Shown: positions 10,243 through 20,210, numbered from the stretch's first letter. The stretch: 64,000 bases of DNA from Rubripirellula sp. (GCA_965216875.1 OZ244207.1:1408001-1472000), one strand, 5' to 3'. Notes: generated from the sequence alone by a model not told the origin. Program-made: numbers and translations.

Positions 10243-10824
10243 TCACTTGCGATCGATGATTGCTTTGATCATGCCGTGGTTCTCCATGCATTCGACCACG
10301 GCTGGTGGCACATCGGCTTTCCAAGCGTCGACACCGCGACGAATCTTGTCGCGAATGGATGACGCGGTCAGCGACTTATCGAAATCTTCGAGCAGGACCT
10401 CTACGGTGTATCCAAGTTCACGAAGCAGATTCACTTTCTTTTCATTCCACGGTTCGCGGACCGTGGTCAGGATCGGGATCTCGGTCGGAAGAAACTCGCC
10501 AAGGAGTTGTGGACGCTCGATCGGAAAGGGGGAAACGGAGACTCGCTGCAAATCAACGCCGTCCCCCTGGAACGCTGCCCGAACCATCATGGCACGTTGG
10601 TAGAACGAAAGCGGGTTGTTCTCGGGCCGTGTCCGATGGTCTGAGGTGGGACTTTGAGTGCTGGTTGGCTCTATTGTCAGTGGAGCGACGCCCGTGATTC
10701 CGACAATCAAGTGATCGCATCGAGCCAGCGCGCTGCGAAGGTAGTCCAAGTGTTCGTGGTGAAAGACTTGGAATCGACCATGTGCTGATGCGATCGCGTG
10801 TGGTTTCGTCATCCTTGAATTCAC
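10243..10824 (-). CDS. HIGH-superfamily cytidylyl/adenylyltransferase (NMN adenylyltransferase-like)
   Basis: HGRFQVFHHEH (GRFQxxHxGH variant), LIVGIT, NPLSFYQR, TASSIR. Alternative ATG at 10812. Confidence 0.8.
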   Translation of the reverse strand: MNSRMTKPHAIASAHGRFQVFHHEHLDYLRSALARCDHLIVGITGVAPLTIEPTSTQSPTSDHRTRPENNPLSFYQRAMMVRAAFQGDGVDLQRVSVSPFPIERPQLLGEFLPTEIPILTTVREPWNEKKVNLLRELGYTVEVLLEDFDKSLTASSIRDKIRRGVDAWKADVPPAVVECMENHGMIKAIIDRK

Positions 10825-10844
10825 CGTTATTGATCGAGCACCGA

Positions 10845-11279
10845 TTACGCGCCAGCTCCAGCAGCCCCGCCGCCAGCTCCACCATCAGCCCCGCCGCCGC
10901 CACCATCACCCGGTGGTCCCGGATGCACGCGGTCGCGCGAACCGAGCAGGTAGCCGGCGATTGTACCAAGCAGTCCGATCACGGGCGTGATCTGCTCTTG
11001 GCTGTACCCTGTGACGACCAGAAAGATCGCAGAGACGACAATCAGTGGAACGCAGAATGCCCGCAACACACCGCGCGGGTCACAGTCTTTGTAGATCAGG
11101 TAGGCCATGATCCCGATGATGGCTAGGCCGAAAAGTAAGATCGAAAGGCTCAACCAAATCACTAACCCGCTCGTCCAGCCGCTGGCCGGTGGTGTCGTGG
11201 CTGCGGCATCGATCGATTGCTGGACGGCTTGGGCAGAAGCGTCGAGTTGCGCTTGCATTTCTCGGAGGTCGTCGTTCAC
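10845..11279 (-). CDS. Small three-TM membrane protein with Gly-rich tail, hypothetical
   Basis: The GTG start overlaps the upstream stop (GTGA at 11279-11276). Three hydrophobic segments ending ...GYSQEQITPVIGLLGTIAGYLLG. Confidence 0.7.
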   Translation of the reverse strand: MNDDLREMQAQLDASAQAVQQSIDAAATTPPASGWTSGLVIWLSLSILLFGLAIIGIMAYLIYKDCDPRGVLRAFCVPLIVVSAIFLVVTGYSQEQITPVIGLLGTIAGYLLGSRDRVHPGPPGDGGGGGADGGAGGGAAGAGA

Positions 11280-11848
11280 TTTTTCGTACCATTTTCGAGC
11301 TGTTTTTCGAGCGCTTTGATGTATGCGTTCTGCATCACGATGTGTTTCTGGAGTTGCGTGACGAGTTTGCGAAGTTGTTGGACTTCGCCAGTCCCGCCGC
11401 CAATGACACCTGGCGTCACAGCGGGGCCGTGTTCGGGCACGACGCCCTGCAAGCCAGGCGAGATCCCGCCCATTCCGTAGTTTGGCGGGATCCAAATGTG
11501 GTACTGCGGTTGGTCGATGCCGTACAAACCTTTGCCATAGGAGGCTTTCGGTTGGACCACCTTTTGTTCCGTTCGAAAGGTACCATCGCTTGGTCCGGTC
11601 AGGATGATCGAATCCCAACCGTTTTTGTCAGCCCATTTTTCAATCAGCTGCAAGCGATCCGCGTTCGGGAGCAGCTGGTTGGTGTCCTCATCGCCAGCTT
11701 CCGCGATGACAACGGCGGGCTTCTGATTTCCCCGCGTTGAATGGTCGTCCTGCTGCGGTAACTCCGCAGCGAAGGACGCCACGACGAAGACAACAAGGTT
11801 GATGTTCGCAAAGAGAGATGCGCGCATGCACAGAGAAAAGGGTTTCAT
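11276..11848 (-). CDS. Hypothetical exported protein with C-terminal coiled coil
   Basis: Hydrophobic N-terminus; C-terminal heptads EVQQLRKLVTQLQKHIVMQNAYIKALEKQLE; coupled to the downstream gene. Confidence 0.65.
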   Translation of the reverse strand: MKPFSLCMRASLFANINLVVFVVASFAAELPQQDDHSTRGNQKPAVVIAEAGDEDTNQLLPNADRLQLIEKWADKNGWDSIILTGPSDGTFRTEQKVVQPKASYGKGLYGIDQPQYHIWIPPNYGMGGISPGLQGVVPEHGPAVTPGVIGGGTGEVQQLRKLVTQLQKHIVMQNAYIKALEKQLENGTKK

Positions 11849-12071
11849 TCTTCAAGCCTCCGACGAAAGTGCACCCAATCTGGCCGAATGAACGATGCGT
11901 GTGGACCCTATTCTAAGTCGGCTGCGCAAAGAAGCTTAGCAGCGATTTTTTGAAGAACGCGATTTCTTGAAGGATTCCCAACAGGGGCATGAGCAGATGT
12001 CCAGCTCCACCTGATGTCGTTGGGCAGCAAGGGTCTTGTGGCAGAAGAGCTTCGACATCGAGCTGGCGAAG

Positions 12072-12863
12072 CTAGTCAGCCTGCTTGTGAAGTCCGGGTG
12101 GGCCTTCGAGCAGTTGTTCGAGATTGGTAGCCAGGTCGACAAGCGATTCCCAATTTGTCGCGACGATGTCTTGCGCGTGGGCAAGGTCATTGCGAAGTCG
12201 CTGCATCTTCTTGGCGGCAATCATCACTTGTCGCTGCGTATCGATACGAGTGTTCGCGCGCAGCGTCGGTTCTTTGGCAACGATTTGAGCTTTGTCGCCG
12301 AACTGTAAGCAATCGACCAATCCGAGGTCTTGGTTTCGCCTCGCCCGCTCGGCCAACAATGATTCCGCTTTTTCGAGTCGAGCGGCCGATAGGTGCTGGC
12401 GCCAATCGATTTGCGATTCTTCGATCATGCGGGTCATACGCATCTCAACCAGCGTGACCATACCAAATAGCCACATGCGAACGGCCGGTTTCTGTAGATC
12501 GCTGCGCGTGACAATGCCGCCGATCGCGCCAAAGACCGACACGAAAAGACGCGGTGACTCGTTCAGGCCCAGCACAACGTCAGCGAGTGGCGCGGTGTCA
12601 AAGATCACCTGTTCGTCAACGAATGGAAGGCGGTGATCTTCGCAAACGCCCGAGTTGAGATCATCGCGTTGGACGTAGCCAACGACCCGACCGCCACTGG
12701 TGACGCCAACAACGTCGAGGTGCCTCTCGGCCATGAAGTCGCGGACTTCGATGGCGTCGACAGAGCCCTCAATCGAAAGCAGAGCTTCGGTGATGTCGTG
12801 GGCAGAAAAGTTCTGCTGGAAAATCCGCTGCAAACTCTGCAGCGTTGATTGGGTTGATGGCAT
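12072..12863 (-). CDS. CBS-pair protein fused to a Swt1-like HEPN domain
   Basis: CBS-like segments (DVVGV...VVGYVQRDDL; GGIVTRSDL), then a helical domain with LVEMRM, LQFGDK and the Rx4H motif RNDLAH. Confidence 0.75.
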   Translation of the reverse strand: MPSTQSTLQSLQRIFQQNFSAHDITEALLSIEGSVDAIEVRDFMAERHLDVVGVTSGGRVVGYVQRDDLNSGVCEDHRLPFVDEQVIFDTAPLADVVLGLNESPRLFVSVFGAIGGIVTRSDLQKPAVRMWLFGMVTLVEMRMTRMIEESQIDWRQHLSAARLEKAESLLAERARRNQDLGLVDCLQFGDKAQIVAKEPTLRANTRIDTQRQVMIAAKKMQRLRNDLAHAQDIVATNWESLVDLATNLEQLLEGPPGLHKQAD

Positions 12864-12927
12864 CGGTTGCTTTTACTCGGCTGATCTGATTGCGAGTTGC
12901 CTGATTTCCTTGCGAGTTGCCTGGGGT

Positions 12928-14595
12928 CTATTGCGAGTCTGCTTCAGCTGCGACGCGACGGCTTAGCTCGTTCTTGCGAGCTTCTTCGAACTCATCGCCT
13001 GCATTCCAGCTTGGCATTTCGTTTCCGTTTGCAACCATCAGCCCAACGTTGAACAGGAGTTGGAAGTCTTCGACCGCGCCCGAGAGATCCCAATCTTCAC
13101 GGTACTCGTCGCTGGGTTGGTGATAAATGTTCTGTACCCAATCGTTGAGTTTCGCTTTGCCATAGCCTTCGGGTTTGCCAATCACATCGACGCCACTGTG
13201 CAGGTAGACGCCGGGCACGCCGACTTTGGCGAGACTGAATTGATCGCTGCGGTAGTAGTAGCCGCGATCCGGGAAATGATCAGGGGTGACGATTCGTTTT
13301 TGCGATTTCGCAACTTTCGCGACAAGGTTGTCGAGGTTCGACTTGCCGTGGCCGATCACGTTCACGTCACGGGTGCGGCCGATGATATTGGCGCCGTCCA
13401 TGTTGATGACGGCTGCCATGTAACCAGGCAACAAGGGTGGGTGTTGTGCAAAGTACTTGGATCCGAGCAATCCTTGTTCTTCAGCGCCGACGGCTGCAAA
13501 CAAGATCGATCGCCGCGGACCTTCGGGCAGATTGGCAAAGGCTTTGACCATCGCGAGCAAGCCAGCGGTTCCGGCAGCATTGTCGACCGCTCCGTTGTAG
13601 ATGTTGTCACCACGTTCATCGCGTTGGGCCGAGAGGCCAAGATGGTCATGGTGTGCCATGAAGACAACGACCTCATCTTTGAGAGCGGGGTCGGAACCTT
13701 CGAGATAGGCGAGCACGTTGGCCGTGTCTTTTTCGCGGACTCTTGCGGTCAGGTTGAGTGAGAGTGTTGTTCCGAGCGAAACCGGAACAAAGTCGCGGCT
13801 CTCCGCGGCGGCGCGAAGTTGATCGAGATCGCGACTACCAAGTGAAACGAGCCGCTTGGCACCCTCTTCGGTCGTCCAGGACTTGAGCGCCATCTTCGGG
13901 CCTGTGCCGCCGCGAAGCTCAAACTCTTCGCCACTCCAAGACGTCTGCACGACCTGCCACGGATAGCCGGCCGAGGGAGTCGTGTGAATGATGATCGCGC
14001 CAACGGCGCCTTGCCGCGCAGCCGATTCGTATTTGTAGTCCCATCTTCCGTAGTAGAGCCGACGATTGCCTTCGAAGAGATCATGATCGCCTGAGGGATC
14101 ATTGTTCATGATCAACAGCACCTTCCCGGCGAGGTCGACATCCTTGAAATCGTCCCAGTCATATTCTGGAGCTTGGATGCCGTAGCCGACAAAGACAACT
14201 TCGGCATCACGTATCGCGACACGCTCGGTCGCGTGCCCACAGGTCGCAACAAAGTCGTCCAGCGGACGCAGACGCAGCGATTGCTCGCCATTGATGAATT
14301 CGACGTACTCGGGTTGGCGAGTATGAACGCCAACCAGCGGGACCGGTTGTAGCCAATCACCATTGGGTGCCGCGGGCGTCAGACCCATGGATTGGAAATA
14401 CGTCGACAAATAGAGCTGCGTTTGTTGATCGCCGCGTGAACCGGGACCGCGACCTTCAAGGAGATCGTCGGCGAGGTAGCGGATATGGCCTCGAAGCGTT
14501 GCTTGATCGATGCGTTCTTGTTGGCTCCACGCATTCTTTGCGGCAACCAAAGCAACCAGACATGTTGCGAGGACGAGGTGAAAACGAACGTACAT
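12928..14595 (-). CDS. M28 family metallopeptidase with PA domain
   Basis: LEGRGPGS, AHHDHLG, NGAVDNAAG, AEEQGLLGS, RSDQFS, YHQPSD; signal peptide. Confidence 0.92.
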   Translation of the reverse strand: MYVRFHLVLATCLVALVAAKNAWSQQERIDQATLRGHIRYLADDLLEGRGPGSRGDQQTQLYLSTYFQSMGLTPAAPNGDWLQPVPLVGVHTRQPEYVEFINGEQSLRLRPLDDFVATCGHATERVAIRDAEVVFVGYGIQAPEYDWDDFKDVDLAGKVLLIMNNDPSGDHDLFEGNRRLYYGRWDYKYESAARQGAVGAIIIHTTPSAGYPWQVVQTSWSGEEFELRGGTGPKMALKSWTTEEGAKRLVSLGSRDLDQLRAAAESRDFVPVSLGTTLSLNLTARVREKDTANVLAYLEGSDPALKDEVVVFMAHHDHLGLSAQRDERGDNIYNGAVDNAAGTAGLLAMVKAFANLPEGPRRSILFAAVGAEEQGLLGSKYFAQHPPLLPGYMAAVINMDGANIIGRTRDVNVIGHGKSNLDNLVAKVAKSQKRIVTPDHFPDRGYYYRSDQFSLAKVGVPGVYLHSGVDVIGKPEGYGKAKLNDWVQNIYHQPSDEYREDWDLSGAVEDFQLLFNVGLMVANGNEMPSWNAGDEFEEARKNELSRRVAAEADSQ

Positions 14596-14895
14596 TGGAT
14601 GGGAACTCTTCCGGTTGGATGCGTCTAGACTTTGGTTCGCTTGCGATGGCGGTTGACTGATGGTGGTTGACTACCGGGGCATAGTTTACAGCCGATTCGC
14701 TCTCGCCGCGTTGGCCTTCACGGTCCGTACAGCGTTGCTCCGCAATCGGTGGCTTGTTTCGCAGAGCGATCGGATTTTAGCGAAACGTGTTCGTCCTACT
14801 TGCGTTCACCGTTGATTCCAGTGAAACTCAGATGGAACAGCAGTTCTGTTTTCCTGCCTATATTCCTTTCCTACCTCCTACAAACAGGCAATGTG

Positions 14896-15078
14896 ATGTC
14901 GCGCGTGGTCTACTCGTTCTTGTTTGCGTTTTGCGTTTCTCTCTTTTCTTTCTCAACCGTCGGCTGTGGTGCCAAAAACGAAGTGATCGTTGACACTCGG
15001 CCCGAAGCTGAATTGCAGAAAGAGGAAGAGGAATACGAAAAGATGATGTCCGAATCTGGGGATGACGTATCGCAGTAG
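14896..15078 (+). CDS. Small planctomycete lipoprotein
   Basis: MSRVVYSFLFAFCVSLFSFSTVGC lipobox-like signal and an acidic tail. ATG at 14896. Confidence 0.7.
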   Translation: MSRVVYSFLFAFCVSLFSFSTVGCGAKNEVIVDTRPEAELQKEEEEYEKMMSESGDDVSQ

Positions 15079-15120
15079 TCTGCCATCACAGTTGGTTTCG
15101 AAAGCGCACGGCGTTTCACG

Positions 15121-16890
15121 ATGGCTCGACGCAAGGTTCAGTCGCACACTACCCGTCAAACGCCCACAACCAGCGCAGTTGATGCTGCGGATGGGGCGGC
15201 GAAAAGTCGTCTTACCTTTCCGAATCTGTTAGCGAGCATTTGCGTGCTCGCTTTTTTTCTGCGATTCCTGCACGTTTTGCAGACGATTGAAGTTCCCACT
15301 GTCGTTGCATTGCTTGGAGACGCCCGGGGGTACTTTGACTGGGCAGAGAAGATCAGCGAGGGCGATTGGTATGGGACCGACACCTTCTATCAGGCCCCAC
15401 TTTACCCCTACTTTCTAGCCGTTCTGATGACGATCTTCGGACCCAGTGTCACGTTGATCCGGTTCGTTCAGATGGCACTTGGTGTTGCGGGTGTCGCGCT
15501 GATCGGCCTTACCGGTCGCAAACTCTTTTCCGATCGCGTTGGGTTGGTTTCCGCGTTCATGCTGGCCACCTATCCGCCCGCCATCTTTTACGATGGGATC
15601 ATCCAGAAAGCGGCTCTGGCCACTTTCTTGCTGTGTCTACTGACCACGGCATGCGCCTATCTGCAGAGTGAGAAGCTTCGGCGGTATGCACTGTTAACCG
15701 GTGTGTCGCTTGGACTCCTCGTACTCGCGCGCGAGAACGCCTTGCTTTGGACACCCGTCATCCCGCTCTGGATCCTGCTGGGGATTCATGACAGCTTGCG
15801 AAAGCGATTGGCGCTGGTCGGATGCTACTTCGGTGGTGTTGCTTTGATTTTGATGCCCGTCGCTGCGCGAAATGCCTCCCTGGGAGGGGAATGGTCGCCG
15901 ACGACATTCCAGGCTGGCCCCAATTTCTACATCGGCAACAACCTACTGGCCAACGGGATCTACGTGCCTTTGGTTCCTGGTCGCGGAACGCCAATGTACG
16001 AGCGAGCCGACGCCGAACGACTGGCTGAGCATGCCGTCGGCCATGAGCTGTCGGCTCGCGAAGTCTCCAAGTATTGGATGTCGCGAGCTTGGGAAGAAAT
16101 TGGCCAGTCACCGGGACGCTGGGTACAGCTCATGGTTGCGAAGACTTTCATGGTCTTTAATCGCTATGAAGTACCTGACGTCGAGAATTTGTACATCTTT
16201 CGGGAAAGTTCCGTTCCCCTGATGCTGAGTCGCGTTTGGCATTTTGGCACGCTTTGCCCATTGGCAATCTGGGGCGTGATGGCAACTTGGGGCGACAGGC
16301 GGCGGTTGTGGTTGTTCTATGTACTGTTGCTAACGATGATCGCCGCGGTGGTTCTGTTTTTCATTTTGGGGCGTTATCGCAATCCGGTAGCGATTCTGTT
16401 GATTCCGTTTGCTGCCGCAGGTTTGGTCGATCTGATCGGACGGGTAAGAGAACGAACCGGACGGTCGTTGTGGATCGCAGGCACGGTTCTGTTGCTGGCA
16501 GCAATCCTTTGCAACATTCGTGTTCACGAAGAACAGTCCCTTCAAGCAAGCTGCTACATGAACACAGGGATTGCGGCGTGTAAGGCAGGCAACCTTCCCG
16601 CTGGAATCCAACTCTTGGAAAAGGCAGTCGCCGAATTCCCCGAAATGGCCGAAGGCTATGTCAATCTTGGGCGAGCGCGCATGTTGAATCAACAACCGGC
16701 GCGCGCTATGAGAAATTTTCAGATCGCCTTGGCTCTCGATCCAAGACTCATGGGTGTGCGCTCTCAGCTTGCAGAGGCGCTTGAGTATTTGGGTGATCAG
16801 CAACAAGCGATCTTGATGTACGAGCAAGAGCTCGAAATCAATCCATCGGATAGACGCGCCTTGAATGCGCTAAGCCGAATGCGCTCGTGA
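15121..16890 (+). CDS. Multi-TM GT-C type (PMT_2/GT39-like) glycosyltransferase with C-terminal TPRs
   Basis: DARGYFDWA, FYQAPLYPYFLA, many TM helices, NFYIGNN, RYR, TPR repeats. Confidence 0.8.
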   Translation: MARRKVQSHTTRQTPTTSAVDAADGAAKSRLTFPNLLASICVLAFFLRFLHVLQTIEVPTVVALLGDARGYFDWAEKISEGDWYGTDTFYQAPLYPYFLAVLMTIFGPSVTLIRFVQMALGVAGVALIGLTGRKLFSDRVGLVSAFMLATYPPAIFYDGIIQKAALATFLLCLLTTACAYLQSEKLRRYALLTGVSLGLLVLARENALLWTPVIPLWILLGIHDSLRKRLALVGCYFGGVALILMPVAARNASLGGEWSPTTFQAGPNFYIGNNLLANGIYVPLVPGRGTPMYERADAERLAEHAVGHELSAREVSKYWMSRAWEEIGQSPGRWVQLMVAKTFMVFNRYEVPDVENLYIFRESSVPLMLSRVWHFGTLCPLAIWGVMATWGDRRRLWLFYVLLLTMIAAVVLFFILGRYRNPVAILLIPFAAAGLVDLIGRVRERTGRSLWIAGTVLLLAAILCNIRVHEEQSLQASCYMNTGIAACKAGNLPAGIQLLEKAVAEFPEMAEGYVNLGRARMLNQQPARAMRNFQIALALDPRLMGVRSQLAEALEYLGDQQQAILMYEQELEINPSDRRALNALSRMRS

Positions 16891-17292
16891 TAAAAATCAC
16901 AAAGTGCATTTCGGTTTGGGTTGTTCTGCGCAAGATGATCAAGATGTGCGGTCTTCTCTGACACACAATGACACACGCCGAAACCTTTAGTGCTTTTTCG
17001 TTTGCAAAAGCCCATTCATCAGGGGGATCGGTATGCACGTCAACAAGGTTAGTAGTGGTGTTAGAACTGCATGCAAACTCGCCGACCACGTTGGAGCAAA
17101 AGTTACATTTGGCTGCACTATTTTTCGTGCATTCATTTTGAGACGTTGTCGCATAATCAACGCGAGTTTTTCTCATTCAAAAAAAGGTTGTTTGTTTGGG
17201 ATTCTGGCTTCGCATTGTGGGGCACGTAATGGGTAAGCTAGGAGCGAGCGCTATTTTTTATGCACTGTCTTTTCCTTGTTCAGGAGTCTTAA

Positions 17293-18555
17293 ATGCAAAG
17301 AGTACGTGCCTCGCGATTAGGTTTCACCTTAGTGGAACTGTTAGTCGTCATTGCCATCATTGGTGTTCTTGTTGGCCTCTTGTTGCCGGCTGTTCAAGCA
17401 GCCCGCGAAGCAGCACGCCGAATGTCGTGCAGTAACAATTTCAAACAGATCGGTCTTGGGATCCACAACTACCACAGCGCGTTCAAGCAGCTACCGACCA
17501 ACGGTACGGGGACTGCGCGAACGACTGGTACTGCCAATCCATCGAACGACTGTAACCGACTGTTCTTGAGCTACTTGGTTGCCTCGCTCCCGTATGTCGA
17601 ACAACAGGCACTATGGGAGGAGATTTCACAGCCGAGCCAGAATGTGACACCAGGTCAAACCATCAACGCGACGGGTGGGACTTGGTTCGCAATGGGACCG
17701 TGCCCGTGGAACACTCGGTACGTTCCTTGGGTGACTCAGGTTCCGACCTTCCGTTGTCCTAGTGATCCGGGTAAAGCGCTAGCGCCCGGGCAACTAGCGC
17801 GGACCAACTATGCCTGTAACCTCGGCGATGCTGTTGACCGAAGTCACAACGGTGGCCGCAATGATTATGGGTTCTTTGGAAACCGAAGCGACGCGGATGA
17901 AAACTGGGCAGTCGAACGTGCTCGTGCCGCGCAGCGTGGTTTCTTCTGGAATCGAAACGAAATGAAGTTCCGTGACATTCTGGACGGACTTTCCAACACG
18001 ATTGCCTGTGGCGAAGTTTGCACTTCGGGCGGCAAGCGTGAGGTCAAAGCGGACTTTGTTCGAAACATCACCGCGATGCGGGTCACGAACGACACGTTTT
18101 TGGTTCCTGCTCGGTGCAAAACCGGACCTCATATTGATCCAGAGCGTCCCGGTTTCTACGCACTCACGGCAACGGTTAGTTCATCGCTATCGCAGGCCAA
18201 GCATAGCCGCTGGGCCGATTCGCGAGCGTATTACACTGCGATTCACACCATCCTGCCACCTAACAATCCGAGTTGCGTGGACAACGACAGCGACGGTAAC
18301 CGATCGGGTGTGATTTCAACGGTTGGTAGTCGCCATCCCGGTGGAGCGCACGTGCTGATGGGCGATGGTTCTGTGATCTTCCTTTCTGACAGTATCGAAG
18401 CTGGAGATCCTGAACTGCCAACAGTCTGTGTGCAAAGAGCTGCAACGATCTTCCCAATCTCAGGCATGCCTGGAAGCGAAAGCAACTACGGCTTGTGGGG
18501 TGCATTGGGTACGCGTGATGCAAACGAAACGATCGAGGAAGAGCTGAACCAATAA
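17293..18555 (+). CDS. DUF1559 prepilin-type N-terminal cleavage/methylation protein
   Basis: GFTLVELLVVIAIIGVLVGLLLPAVQAAREAARRMSCSNNFKQIGL; CPSD; DGLSNT; HPGGAHVLMGDG (H-X9-DG). Confidence 0.95.
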   Translation: MQRVRASRLGFTLVELLVVIAIIGVLVGLLLPAVQAAREAARRMSCSNNFKQIGLGIHNYHSAFKQLPTNGTGTARTTGTANPSNDCNRLFLSYLVASLPYVEQQALWEEISQPSQNVTPGQTINATGGTWFAMGPCPWNTRYVPWVTQVPTFRCPSDPGKALAPGQLARTNYACNLGDAVDRSHNGGRNDYGFFGNRSDADENWAVERARAAQRGFFWNRNEMKFRDILDGLSNTIACGEVCTSGGKREVKADFVRNITAMRVTNDTFLVPARCKTGPHIDPERPGFYALTATVSSSLSQAKHSRWADSRAYYTAIHTILPPNNPSCVDNDSDGNRSGVISTVGSRHPGGAHVLMGDGSVIFLSDSIEAGDPELPTVCVQRAATIFPISGMPGSESNYGLWGALGTRDANETIEEELNQ

Positions 18556-18581
18556 GGTCCAGCAAACCATTGATCCACGTC

Positions 18582-18615
18582 GACTCGCCCGCATTTCGCG
18601 GGCGAGTCTTTTTTT
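18582..18615 (+). terminator. Rho-independent terminator
   Basis: GACTCGCCCGC-atttc-GCGGGCGAGTC followed by T7, just after the DUF1559 stop. Confidence 0.85.
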
Positions 18616-18700
18616 GCGCGGTGCACTGATTGCCTGCATCGTTGCGGCCAAGGGTATGGCCCAGTTGGCAACCGCATTTGAGCGTCGTGCGACCGGTTTG

Positions 18701-20128
18701 CTACTTTGCCAGGTGCGCTTCGGTCGCTTGCTTGTCGACGCGAATCAGATGATCGCGAAGCGGAGGGAAAACATCCCCGTCGACACTTTCCAGACGCAAC
18801 GTTTCGGTTGGCCGCCGGGGCATGTGACAGTCAATGCAGTTCTCGGCAAAGTTGATTCCTTCTTGCGGGAAGAAACCACAATCACTTTCACTCTGGTGGC
18901 AGTTCATGCATCGACTGGAAAACAGCTTTTGACTTCCGCGTTCATTGTGGTGCGGGTCGTGGCAATCGGTGCAGGTCATTTTCGATTGCTGAAAGCAGAC
19001 GCTTTGTGCCAGCCGATTGAGTTGGTTGCTGGTGTGAACGCTGTTCTTGACGTCCTGCTTGGTGTTGGGCGGAAGGTAGTGCTCGTCCAGTTGATCGCCA
19101 GGACGGAATTGCAAAGCCTCGCCCTTGAGCGACCTTGAACCGGTGTGACACTGGCCGCAGATTTCCATCTGCAGTTGCCGATCGAGGTCGGTTAAATTGG
19201 AGATCCCGACGGCGTCCTGCGCATCGTCGTGTTCAAGGTGATAGTCAACATGGTTTTGTGCAGGGCCGTGACAGCGTTCGCAGGTCACTCCGAGAATCAA
19301 CGAGCCTGGCGTGTAGCGGTTTTTTCTTCCGCGGAAATCGAAATACGTAGCGTGGCAGTCCATGCAACGCTGCGGAATCGGTCTTGCGTACGCGGCGTCG
19401 CCATCGATGTATCCGGGACTGTTGATCCACTGATCTCCATCGGTGATGTGCGTGACGTTGTGTTGGTAGAGGCCGTCTTTGTGCCAGTACAGATAGGTTT
19501 GTGCCATTTTGGAAGATCCCATGATGATCTCCATCGGCACGTCGAAACTCCAATCGAAAAAGTGAGCCCTCTGAAGGAACTGATTCCCTTTGCGAATCAT
19601 CTCGAAACTGACGTTGGGATCGGAAGTCAGGAACGTGTTGGTGCCGGGCTCGAAGTTGCCGTCGATCGTCGTTTCGTTGACCGGACGACTGGTTTTGAAA
19701 TGAGCTGTCGCCAGGAACGATTCGTAGAGATCGCTATGGCATTGCTGACATGTCTCTGGTCCCACAAACCCAGGGTTTTCGTTTTTCGGGGTCGTGTCGG
19801 TGCTCTTGCGCGGCAACGAACCGGGGCGGAAAGGGATTTCAACACCGCCGCCGCCTTCGTGTTTTCCAACGAACCAGATGTTCTCGTCAGGAATCGGCGC
19901 GACGACCATGTCGCTTGGCGGCGCGGTGGGTCCGGTCGTCTTCGGTTCGTCTTTTTTCTGAGGCTGACGCTGCGCTTTGAGCAGACCTTGAAGCTGTTTG
20001 TCTTGCATTGGCCCACGACGCGCATCAAAGACAATCCAAAGGACGATCGCACCGACCGACAGCAACGCGAGCCAACGTTTAAGATTCAAGACGCTTTCTC
20101 TCCAGAAGCTTGAAGCATTCAACAGCAC
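18701..20128 (-). CDS. Membrane-anchored multiheme c-type cytochrome (7 CxxCH)
   Basis: CQQCH, CMDCH, CERCH, CGQCH, CTDCH, CMNCH, CIDCH; N-terminal TM segment. Start uncertain. Confidence 0.88.
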   Translation of the reverse strand: MLLNASSFWRESVLNLKRWLALLSVGAIVLWIVFDARRGPMQDKQLQGLLKAQRQPQKKDEPKTTGPTAPPSDMVVAPIPDENIWFVGKHEGGGGVEIPFRPGSLPRKSTDTTPKNENPGFVGPETCQQCHSDLYESFLATAHFKTSRPVNETTIDGNFEPGTNTFLTSDPNVSFEMIRKGNQFLQRAHFFDWSFDVPMEIIMGSSKMAQTYLYWHKDGLYQHNVTHITDGDQWINSPGYIDGDAAYARPIPQRCMDCHATYFDFRGRKNRYTPGSLILGVTCERCHGPAQNHVDYHLEHDDAQDAVGISNLTDLDRQLQMEICGQCHTGSRSLKGEALQFRPGDQLDEHYLPPNTKQDVKNSVHTSNQLNRLAQSVCFQQSKMTCTDCHDPHHNERGSQKLFSSRCMNCHQSESDCGFFPQEGINFAENCIDCHMPRRPTETLRLESVDGDVFPPLRDHLIRVDKQATEAHLAK

Positions 20129-20210
20129 TCAAATTGGACCAGGGGTTCTTCGACCAAGCAAGCGAAAGTCACAAAAGACGTCGCCATCGCAATGGACCGA
20201 ATCGTCAACG

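Noticed and set aside
10845..11618. 257-aa ORF overlapping 11276..11848, suggesting a frameshift or pseudogene
   Set aside because: A GTG start overlapping the upstream TGA (GTGA) explains two normal coupled genes, and the N-terminal extension looks like off-frame sequence.
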